A stretch of DNA of 32,000 nt from Ignisphaera aggregans DSM 17230 (GTDB lineage: Archaea; Thermoproteota; Thermoprotei_A; Sulfolobales; Ignisphaeraceae): the NCBI GenBank assembly GCA_000145985.1, contig CP002098.1:904182-936181 (forward strand), written 5' to 3'. A program made the translations under genes and the position numbers. Below are positions 1 to 7,237 of the stretch, in pieces. The notes beneath the pieces were generated by a model. The model saw only the letters and a program-made list of their open reading frames with translations. It was not told the DNA's origin and ran no database searches. Within the stretch, counting starts at the first letter, position 1. Every line of letters begins with the position of its first letter.

Positions 1-838
1 TATCGACTATGTGTCATCAACACTTTGTTCAGCTATGAGAAGTATTATTGCACAGAACATTGGTGTAAATATATCTAGTTTCGATATATCTGTAAGTTCA
101 TCTAAAACTGTTTTTATAGGTGATAAATCTTTTGATGAGGGAGCTCTCTCTAGATTAACAACATTGATAACAATGTCGTCACTTATCTTTAGTATTGCGA
201 TAGCCTTATCATTTCAGTATGGAGCTATATCTATTGCTCAGGAGAAGGAGGAGAGAACTCTTGAGATTTTAGCTGTACAGCCAATTTCTAGGAGGGATAT
301 AGGTATCTCTAAGGTTATTGGAGTTCTTGTGCTTGCGCTAACTGAAGCATCTCTATATATAGCATCATGGATGTATTATCTTAGTTCCATAGGATTGGCA
401 AACGGAAACATCTTTATGGGGCTTGGTGCAATGCCTATAGTATTTCTAATGATAGATATAGTTATTGCTATAGTAGCTCTCACAGTATTTGGACTCATAA
501 TAGGGGTATTTGCAAGAGATACAAGAACTGCAAGTATAGTATCTACACCAATTACATTGCTAGCCATACTTATAGGCACTATGATACAATTCATTGGAAT
601 TCCACTAGAACCTTTACAACTGTCTCTATATTCTATCACACTTATAATGGCTCCAATATGTATCATGATATCATTGATGTTAGGCTATATAGTAAGTGCT
701 ATAGGGGTAATAATAATCAATATTGCTATAGCTCTACTACTTCTATACATCCTTGGAAAGATTTTAGAAAGTGAAAAGATGTTTATTGGTATAGGGTTTA
801 TGGATAGATTTATGAGATTTATGAAGAGAAGTAGATAG
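1..838 (+). CDS. ABC-2 family (NatB-like) transporter permease, 5'-truncated at window edge
   Basis: The frame is open from nt 2 (the listed start at 11 is GTG), so the gene probably begins upstream of the window. Multi-pass hydrophobic protein. The loop AQEKEERTLEILAVQPISRRDIGISKVIG resembles the acidic E-x-E...T-x-E...P-x-S-R...K loop of NatB/ABC2_membrane permeases. A similar loop recurs in the permease at 19725-20522. Confidence 0.6.
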   Translation, partial: IDYVSSTLCSAMRSIIAQNIGVNISSFDISVSSSKTVFIGDKSFDEGALSRLTTLITMSSLIFSIAIALSFQYGAISIAQEKEERTLEILAVQPISRRDIGISKVIGVLVLALTEASLYIASWMYYLSSIGLANGNIFMGLGAMPIVFLMIDIVIAIVALTVFGLIIGVFARDTRTASIVSTPITLLAILIGTMIQFIGIPLEPLQLSLYSITLIMAPICIMISLMLGYIVSAIGVIIINIAIALLLLYILGKILESEKMFIGIGFMDRFMRFMKRSR

Positions 839-2345
839 GGTAGTACTGCTTAAGAACTCTTTTAATATCCACCATAGGTGTAAATGTTTTATATGCGTTA
901 TATGCTATCTCTATATATCTATCCCTATCCTCTTCATATAGATCAACTATATATGTAAGTCTCTTTATAAAATCATTATAGTCTTTCTCATCAATTTTTG
1001 CAGCCTCATCACTATTAATATCTATTATCTTATCGAGCTCCTCACCAAAGAACCAACCATTAGAGTTATCCTCTATAAGCTCAAGACTTGCACCATCTCT
1101 TGAGGAAAGTGTTGGAATACCATTTACACCTGCTTTCATCATACTAGTTCCACTAGCTTCCCAACAACTAAATGGTGTAAATAGCAGTAGATCTGATCCT
1201 GATAGGGAATAGTATGCAAATTCTATTCCATAGCTTGGATAGAAGAAGAAGTTGCTTAAAGCTTTTGAGAATTTAACAAATGTTGTTGCTATCTCTTTAC
1301 CCCATTCATCGCTTGGATGAGGCTTTCCTGAAACAACTATAAACACTCTATCCTTTAAATCGCTATTCTCCTCAATAAGCCACTCAATAAAATATGGCCT
1401 CTTATACTTTGTTATCCTCCTAGTCCATGCCAAGATCATTCTATTTCCAACATTCTTACCAGATAATACATTTATAAGAGATATGAATTCTCTCCTTAAA
1501 TTATTTCTATACTCCACAAATCTATTTAGATCAACATTACCTTCAATTCTCTGCCATCTATCTAGATAGATTCCATTAGTTATATAGCTCATCTTAGATG
1601 CATATCTAGGAAAAGTACTTTTTGTCACCTCTAGATGTTTCCTCGATACCGTAAATACTTGTGAGACTTTCTCCATAGCAGCTTCTGTCATAGTCTTAAC
1701 ATTTGGTAACGATATATCTAATACCTCTTCAGCTTCTCTACAAAGCTTTGGATGTCCCCATGGGCCAGGGGTATGGGTAACAAATCTTATATTCATATTA
1801 TCGGGCAATAGATATGGAACTAGTGCTAGATGTGCCTCCTGTATATCTATATATGAGACAGGGGTTGTTTGAGATATCTTCTCAATAATTCTACTTGATA
1901 CTGCTGCAGCTGTTATATAATATGTACATTCATCAGAGTGATGCCTATAGAGATATCTAAATAGTCTTGCTGTATATAGAGGTCTCTTCACCCTATATAG
2001 AACTGCTTTTGCAGAACCAAAGCTATATTCATATAAATCGACCTCGGCTATTAGCTTCCCCTTCCTACTTCTAACATCCATAGACTCTATATATCTTAGC
2101 TTTGATAGAAATGCTAATGTATGTCTATGCCTCACTTCTACATGTCTAGCCTTATTAGCTATATCCCAATCAACATATCCATTTGAATAAAATGGAACTA
2201 TGAGCATATATGGCAAACCAATTTTTCCAGCACCATAAAACTTATCAGCCTCTAAAACCCCTAGACCACCAGCATAATTTGCAGATCCCTCAAATGCTAC
2301 CTCCATAGCAACACTAATAATTATACCCTTATCAGTATTAGCCAT
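819..2345 (-). CDS. alpha-glucan (glycogen/maltodextrin) phosphorylase, short archaeal GT35 type
   Basis: 508 aa with an ATG start. N-terminal YAGGLGVLEADKFYGAGKIGLPYMLIVPFY matches the GT35 SGGLGxLAGD...LGxP motif. C-terminal WEASGTSMMKAGVNGIPTLSSRDGASLE matches the PLP-lysine motif EASGTSNMK...DGAN-E of glucan phosphorylases. Confidence 0.8.
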   Translation of the reverse strand: MANTDKGIIISVAMEVAFEGSANYAGGLGVLEADKFYGAGKIGLPYMLIVPFYSNGYVDWDIANKARHVEVRHRHTLAFLSKLRYIESMDVRSRKGKLIAEVDLYEYSFGSAKAVLYRVKRPLYTARLFRYLYRHHSDECTYYITAAAVSSRIIEKISQTTPVSYIDIQEAHLALVPYLLPDNMNIRFVTHTPGPWGHPKLCREAEEVLDISLPNVKTMTEAAMEKVSQVFTVSRKHLEVTKSTFPRYASKMSYITNGIYLDRWQRIEGNVDLNRFVEYRNNLRREFISLINVLSGKNVGNRMILAWTRRITKYKRPYFIEWLIEENSDLKDRVFIVVSGKPHPSDEWGKEIATTFVKFSKALSNFFFYPSYGIEFAYYSLSGSDLLLFTPFSCWEASGTSMMKAGVNGIPTLSSRDGASLELIEDNSNGWFFGEELDKIIDINSDEAAKIDEKDYNDFIKRLTYIVDLYEEDRDRYIEIAYNAYKTFTPMVDIKRVLKQYYPIYFSS

Positions 2346-2407
2346 AGAGCATCCTATTACAGTTCTCCTAAGTAATACAAATATAAGATGTTAACCAAAA
2401 CAATGAA

Positions 2408-2470
2408 TTGTCTCAGCATGGGGCAGGAGCTCTTCATCAATCAACACCGGCCCAGTTATCATCATCAGAT
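2408..2470 (-). ncRNA. candidate C/D-box sRNA (2'-O-methylation guide), 14-nt spacers
   Basis: Minus-strand read: CUG-AUGAUGA (C, 2465-2459), UAACUGGGCCGGUG (14 nt), UUGA (D' variant, 2444-2441), UUG, AUGAAGA (C', 2437-2431), GCUCCUGCCCCAUG (14 nt), CUGA (D, 2416-2413). The guides are GC-rich within an AT-rich spacer. A TATA-like GTATATAAGG (revcomp of 2492-2501) is centred about 27 nt upstream of the predicted 5' end. It is less certain than its neighbour because the spacers are 14 nt rather than 12 and D' is non-canonical. Confidence 0.5.
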
Positions 2471-2502
2471 AAAACTATATTTTTCTACAAACCTTATATA
2501 CT
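2471..2502. promoter_or_regulatory. back-to-back TATA-like boxes driving the two divergent C/D sRNA genes
   Basis: AAAACTATATTTTTC (2471-2485, plus sense) is centred about 27 nt upstream of the plus sRNA 5' end (~2505). CCTTATATAC (2492-2501, read on minus as GTATATAAGG) is centred about 27 nt upstream of the minus sRNA 5' end (~2470). The spacing fits the archaeal TATA-to-TSS distance. Confidence 0.45.
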
Positions 2503-2504
2503 AT

Positions 2505-2560
2505 ACGATGAAGAACTGTCGAGCGGCTGAAGAATGATGAAGTGGTCCTACACTGAATTT
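2505..2560 (+). ncRNA. C/D-box sRNA (2'-O-methylation guide), canonical archaeal architecture
   Basis: AUGAAGA (C, 2508-2514), ACUGUCGAGCGG (12 nt), CUGA (D', 2527-2530), AGA, AUGAUGA (C', 2534-2540), AGUGGUCCUACA (12 nt), CUGA (D, 2553-2556). It has exact 12-nt spacers and a 3-nt D'-C' loop. The C-box variant keeps G3, A4 and G6, which are needed for the k-turn. It is intergenic, with a TATA-like box upstream and a T-rich tail (AUUUAUU). Confidence 0.8.
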
Positions 2561-2763
2561 ATTGTAGATCTTCTAATTATGACATTCATATATATTCCAT
2601 AAAGTGCTATGATTAGACCTACTAAAGAGATTGCATATATTATTAATAGAAATGGAATATCAATATATATCCTTAGTGATATTATTGCTAAAAGAGTTAT
2701 AAAACATATGAGTATCAATAGAAATCCTGTTATTAGGAGAAACCTAGGGCTATTTATTTGCAT
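2548..2763 (-). CDS. hypothetical small membrane protein (2 predicted TM helices)
   Basis: 71-aa ORF whose ATG (2763) lies 14 nt inside the end of the upstream ABC ATPase gene, an operon-style overlap. It has two long hydrophobic stretches and no recognisable family. AT-rich genomes generate such ORFs by chance, and its 3' end overlaps the plus-strand C/D sRNA. Confidence 0.3.
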   Translation of the reverse strand: MQINSPRFLLITGFLLILICFITLLAIISLRIYIDIPFLLIIYAISLVGLIIALYGIYMNVIIRRSTINSV

Positions 2764-3712
2764 AAAGCCAGCACTTTACATAGTGATTCTTCTTTATTTC
2801 AATTTCAATGGGATCCTTCATACATATATCCATTGCGAAGGGACATCTAGATCTAAATCTACAACCAGGAGGAGGATTAATTAAGCTTGGGGGTTCACCT
2901 GCAGGAGTCTCTCTAAATATTTTCCTATTTCTAGGATCTGGATCAGGAATAGCTTTAATCAACGCTTGTGTATATGGATGTAAAGGTTCTTTTAATAAAT
3001 CTTGTGTTGGAGCTCTCTCAACAAGTTGACCAGCATACATGATAGCTATTTTATCAGAGAAATATTTTGTTGTAGCAAGGTCATGGGTTATATATATGAT
3101 TCCAAGGTTATGAATCTTTTGAAGCTCTCTAAATAGAGTTAGTATTTCTACTCTAACAGATGCATCGAGCATTGAGACTGGTTCATCAGCTACAACAAGT
3201 TTTGGTCTTAATATTAATGCTCTTGCAATAACAACTCTTTGTTGTTGTCCACCTGATAATTGATGTGGATATTTATTGAGGAAATCTTCAACAGGTGTAA
3301 GTCTTACTTCTTCAAGAGCTTTATATATTCTATCTATTCTCTCTTCCTTTTTAATACCATGTATAATTAAAGGCTCTTCCAAAATTCTCTTGATAGTCAT
3401 AAATGGTGGTAGAGCTCCATATGGATCTTGTTGAACATATCCAACTTGTCTCCTATACCACATAAGCTCCTTTCCATCTAAATTAGCTATATTTCTTCCC
3501 TCAAATAGTATTTCTCCCTTTGTCGGTTTATAGAGCCTTAGTACAACTTTTCCAACAGTAGTCTTACCACTTCCAGACTCTCCTACAAGAGCTAAAATTT
3601 CACCTCTATCTAAATCAAAAGAAACATCTTCTACAGCTTTAACATATCCAACAATAGAGAGAAATCTCCTTATTGGATACCACATATATAGATTTCTAAC
3701 ACTTAATAACAT
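2750..3712 (-). CDS. Opp/Dpp-type ABC transporter ATP-binding protein (OppF-like)
   Basis: Walker A GESGSGKTT, signature LSGGQQQR, Walker B LVVADEPVSMLD, H-loop ITHD. The C-terminal Cys-rich oligopeptide-transporter extension is PPPGCRFRSRCPFAMDIC...C. I prefer ATG 3712 (MLLSVRNLYMWY), 1 nt after the upstream stop with a GGGGG upstream. The ORF track extends to a TTG at 3760. Confidence 0.9.
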   Translation of the reverse strand: MLLSVRNLYMWYPIRRFLSIVGYVKAVEDVSFDLDRGEILALVGESGSGKTTVGKVVLRLYKPTKGEILFEGRNIANLDGKELMWYRRQVGYVQQDPYGALPPFMTIKRILEEPLIIHGIKKEERIDRIYKALEEVRLTPVEDFLNKYPHQLSGGQQQRVVIARALILRPKLVVADEPVSMLDASVRVEILTLFRELQKIHNLGIIYITHDLATTKYFSDKIAIMYAGQLVERAPTQDLLKEPLHPYTQALIKAIPDPDPRNRKIFRETPAGEPPSLINPPPGCRFRSRCPFAMDICMKDPIEIEIKKNHYVKCWLYANK

Positions 3713-3713
3713 G

Positions 3714-4676
3714 TTACTTCCCCCCATATAACCAACATCTAACATACACACCTTTCTCAATACTTATTAGAGGAGGCTCCTCCCTCCTACAAATATCCAT
3801 AGCAAAAGGACACCTAGGATGAAATCTACAACCAGGAGGAGGGTTAATCAAGCTTGGTGGTGTACCTTTAATATATGTTATATTCTTATCCTCTCTTAAC
3901 GATGGTACACTTGACAACAATAGCTGTGAATATGGGTGCAAGGGTTTTGTATAGAACGTATCAGCATCACTAAGCTCAACAATTTTACCTGCATACATAA
4001 CACCAACTTTATCTGCTAAATCACTTGCTAGAGCAATATCATGAGTTATGAAAATATAACTAATACCTTTTTCCAATCGTACTCTCTTCAACAAGTTCAT
4101 GATATTAGCTTGTGTTATTACGTCTAAAGCTGATGTAGGTTCATCTAATATTACTATCTTCGGCTCAGTTATGAGAGCCATAGCAATTATTACTCTCTGT
4201 CTCATACCACCAGAAAGCTCAAATGGATATCTATTAATAAATTCATTGGGAATGCCAACATATGTAATCATCTCAATAGCTTTCTTAATTGCTTCATCCT
4301 TACTATAGCCTTTATGATATATTAGTGGCTCTATTAGCTGATCACCAATCTTTATAACAGGATTGAGAGAATTCATAGCTGCTTGAGGAACAAAAGATAT
4401 TTTAGACCATCTAACTCTAGAATTAAGTTCAGCTTCATTTAACTTTGAAATATCCTCACCATCCAAGATAACTTTACCATCATATAGAAATACATTTCTT
4501 GGCAGAAGCTTTAATATTGCTCTCGCCAACGAACTTTTACCACTTCCACTCTCACCAACAATAGCTATACTCTCTCCTCTATCTATCTCAAAGCTAACTC
4601 CATCTACAGCTCTAACAACGCCTTTCAATGTTATATAGTATAGTTTAAGCTGTTCAACTTGCAACATTGTATCCAT
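3714..4676 (-). CDS. Opp/Dpp-type ABC transporter ATP-binding protein (OppD-like)
   Basis: Walker A GESGSGKSS, signature LSGGMRQR, Walker B IVILDEPTSALD, H-loop ITHD, C-terminal PPPGCRFHPRCPFAMDIC motif. The ATG lies 1 nt after the permease stop. Confidence 0.9.
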   Translation of the reverse strand: MDTMLQVEQLKLYYITLKGVVRAVDGVSFEIDRGESIAIVGESGSGKSSLARAILKLLPRNVFLYDGKVILDGEDISKLNEAELNSRVRWSKISFVPQAAMNSLNPVIKIGDQLIEPLIYHKGYSKDEAIKKAIEMITYVGIPNEFINRYPFELSGGMRQRVIIAMALITEPKIVILDEPTSALDVITQANIMNLLKRVRLEKGISYIFITHDIALASDLADKVGVMYAGKIVELSDADTFYTKPLHPYSQLLLSSVPSLREDKNITYIKGTPPSLINPPPGCRFHPRCPFAMDICRREEPPLISIEKGVYVRCWLYGGK

Positions 4677-4677
4677 A

Positions 4678-6096
4678 TCACATCTCCCTTAGCCTTGGAT
4701 TAAATATCCTATCTAGTGCAAAGCCTATTAGAGCAAATCCTAGTGATGTAAGTATTAATAATGCCGATGGTTCTAGAACCCAATAGTAATAACCTTTATA
4801 GAGAGCACCATTATTAAGAGCATCCTCTAGCACTTTACCCCATGTAGGTGCTAATGGATCTCCTACTCCGAGTAGCGCTAATACTGCTTCAAGAAAAACA
4901 AAATCTGGAACTGAGTATATAATTGATGGTAATACTGTTGGTAATACTCGTGGAATTAGATACATAAATATAATTCTAAGATTACCTGCTCCATAAGCTC
5001 TTGCAGCTTCTATATATGGAGACTCTTTTAGCTGGAGGAACATAGCCCTATAGTTCTTAACACCAGAACCTAACATACTTAGAGCTATTATTATTGCAAG
5101 TAACGTCCATATTGTTATTCTATAGATATATGAGATCATCATAACTATTGGAAGGAAAGGCAGAACCATCATAATCTCAGTTAATCTCTGAATAACAGTA
5201 TCTACTAAACCACCATACCATGCACTTATAGCAGCATATATCATTTGAAATAGAACAATACATAGCGAAGCTGTTAGTCCAAAGGCTAAGGCTATCGGTG
5301 TACCCCATAGAATAGGTATAAGTAGATCCCTTCTTAAGTGATCTGTTCCTGCAAGCCCATAGACCTTTCCATAGATTACAAGTTTTGCATCTATATCGTC
5401 ATTCTCATCAAATACTATAGCCTCTACTACCACTCTATAATCGCCCTTTAATACTCTAATTGTATCCTTAGATAGAATAGTATGATCTTCTTGAGCAAAT
5501 AGAGCTTCATTCAATGTTATTGGATAACCTATAGAATTTCCAACTCTTTCCTCAATACTTTCTACTACATTTCTCAACAGTGATTCATCACTCGATATAT
5601 CATATATAAACTCTCTTCTGATTTTTACTTGTTGAATATAATATGAAGTACCGTCAGGCTTTATCCATGTTATAGATGCTAATGGGTAGAAAGATGTATA
5701 TCTAGGTATAATTGATAGCCTAACACCTGTGGGAAAATCATCATAGTTATATGGAATTCTAAAGTCTATTACAATTTTATAAGCTCCCAATTCGCTAACA
5801 AAGGACTTTGTTTTCATTACACTATTAGAATTTACTGATGAATTTATTACTATGGTCTCAGGCAACTTTTTTGGTAGAAATATATTTATCCAGCTTGGTA
5901 ATGCATTTCTTGGATTATCTTGCCAAACTTCTTGTGAATTCCAGATCTTGACTACATAGTCATATGGATATACTATCACTGTATATATAGATATACAAAC
6001 CAATGTTATTAGTATAGCTAAGCCTATTACTGATGCTCTATATGCTCTTGCCATCTCCCTAACTATATTTCCAATATTCTTAATAATAATACTCAT
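4678..6096 (-). CDS. Opp/Dpp-type ABC transporter permease (OppC-like) with enlarged extracytoplasmic N-terminal domain
   Basis: The C-terminal half has a BPD_transp_1-type core with the EAA loop SPYIEAARAYGAGNLRIIFMYLIPR. About 215 non-hydrophobic residues separate TM1 (res ~21-43) from the next TM (~262). ATGA overlap with the upstream permease. Confidence 0.85.
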   Translation of the reverse strand: MSIIIKNIGNIVREMARAYRASVIGLAILITLVCISIYTVIVYPYDYVVKIWNSQEVWQDNPRNALPSWINIFLPKKLPETIVINSSVNSNSVMKTKSFVSELGAYKIVIDFRIPYNYDDFPTGVRLSIIPRYTSFYPLASITWIKPDGTSYYIQQVKIRREFIYDISSDESLLRNVVESIEERVGNSIGYPITLNEALFAQEDHTILSKDTIRVLKGDYRVVVEAIVFDENDDIDAKLVIYGKVYGLAGTDHLRRDLLIPILWGTPIALAFGLTASLCIVLFQMIYAAISAWYGGLVDTVIQRLTEIMMVLPFLPIVMMISYIYRITIWTLLAIIIALSMLGSGVKNYRAMFLQLKESPYIEAARAYGAGNLRIIFMYLIPRVLPTVLPSIIYSVPDFVFLEAVLALLGVGDPLAPTWGKVLEDALNNGALYKGYYYWVLEPSALLILTSLGFALIGFALDRIFNPRLREM

Positions 6097-7169
6097 TCCC
6101 TCCCCACCAACCTTATCCTTGGATCTATCAATACATATACTATCTCCAATATGAATACTGTTATCGCTAATAAATATGCATATATAGTAACAATCCCTAT
6201 TACTACAGGAGGATCATTAGCCGCTATAGCAGTATATAATAGAGACCCTATTCCAGGCCAATTAAATATTCTCTCCGTAACTATAGCACCCATCCATGAA
6301 GCAATTATTGTTAAAGCTAGTTGTGTTATTATAGGTGGCATTGCAGGTCTTAAAATATATCTTCTTTCAATAACCCTAGAAGGAAGGCCCTTAGCTCTTG
6401 CAAGTTCAACATAGTCTTCAGAAGAGAATATTAGGAAGAAAGTTCTCATAGAATATGCATTAAAAACAAAGTAAGCTATAAACCATGATAGCATTGGAAG
6501 TATCATATGCTTTAAAACACTTAGAGCATATAGAAGAGGATCCTGGGGTGGTGGGGCATCAACCATACCTCCATATGGAAGAATTCTTAGGGTTGATGCA
6601 AAAATTATTATAAGGAATATACCATAGAACCATCCAGGCATTGAGGATAGTGGAGATAGTAATACAACTAGTTTATCAAGTTTACTTCCATATCTTCTCG
6701 ATAGATATAGACCTGCAAAAAGTCCTGAAAAGAACAATATAAGTTGTATCGATGTAAAGAGAAGAATTGTTGCAGGTAATCTCTCAAGTATAATTATTCT
6801 AACCTGTTTAGATCCACTATTACTTGTCAATCTCCAAGCTCTACCAAGATTTAATGTTATAGCATCCCAAAGATATCTAAAACTCCTATAATAAAATGGT
6901 TTATCCAATCCTAAAGCCTTCAGAGAATTATTATATCTCTCCATTATGATACTCTGAATAAAAGCTGGATCACGACCCTTTAAACTAGGATCATTTCTCA
7001 CACTCTCAGATATAGCAGCTAAAAGTTCTGCCTTTACAATCTCATCTACCTGTCCACCCATATTAGCAATTAGAATAGTAAGATATATAGCAATAATCGT
7101 AGTAACAGCTAATACCAAAGCTCTAAATATAAGGTATCTTACAGTATTTAAAGCACCTACACCCATCAT
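6093..7169 (-). CDS. Opp/Dpp-type ABC transporter permease (OppB-like)
   Basis: Six hydrophobic segments and the EAA loop EDYVELARAKGLPSRVIERRYILRPAMPP, typical of DppB/OppB permeases. Confidence 0.85.
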   Translation of the reverse strand: MMGVGALNTVRYLIFRALVLAVTTIIAIYLTILIANMGGQVDEIVKAELLAAISESVRNDPSLKGRDPAFIQSIIMERYNNSLKALGLDKPFYYRSFRYLWDAITLNLGRAWRLTSNSGSKQVRIIILERLPATILLFTSIQLILFFSGLFAGLYLSRRYGSKLDKLVVLLSPLSSMPGWFYGIFLIIIFASTLRILPYGGMVDAPPPQDPLLYALSVLKHMILPMLSWFIAYFVFNAYSMRTFFLIFSSEDYVELARAKGLPSRVIERRYILRPAMPPIITQLALTIIASWMGAIVTERIFNWPGIGSLLYTAIAANDPPVVIGIVTIYAYLLAITVFILEIVYVLIDPRIRLVGRE

Positions 7170-7237
7170 TAAATACCTAATATTAAGCTTTATAAAAAAG
7201 TGTTTTGTTTTTGGTTAAAAAATGTTTTGGAGTATAT
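7170..7237 (-). promoter_or_regulatory. binding-protein/permease intercistronic region with oligo-T tract and T6-TATAAAG element
   Basis: Minus-strand read after the binding-protein stop: CATTTTTTAACC (T6 = 7217-7222), then CTTTTTTATAAAGC (7187-7200) about 20-25 nt upstream of the permease ATG. This is consistent with partial termination after the binding-protein gene and/or an internal promoter. It is inferred from sequence only. Confidence 0.3.

Noticed and set aside
133-200. UUGAUGA + 12 nt + UAGA, a C/D-box-like string
   Set aside because: It is inside the permease CDS, with no proper C'/D boxes downstream and no promoter. It is a chance match.
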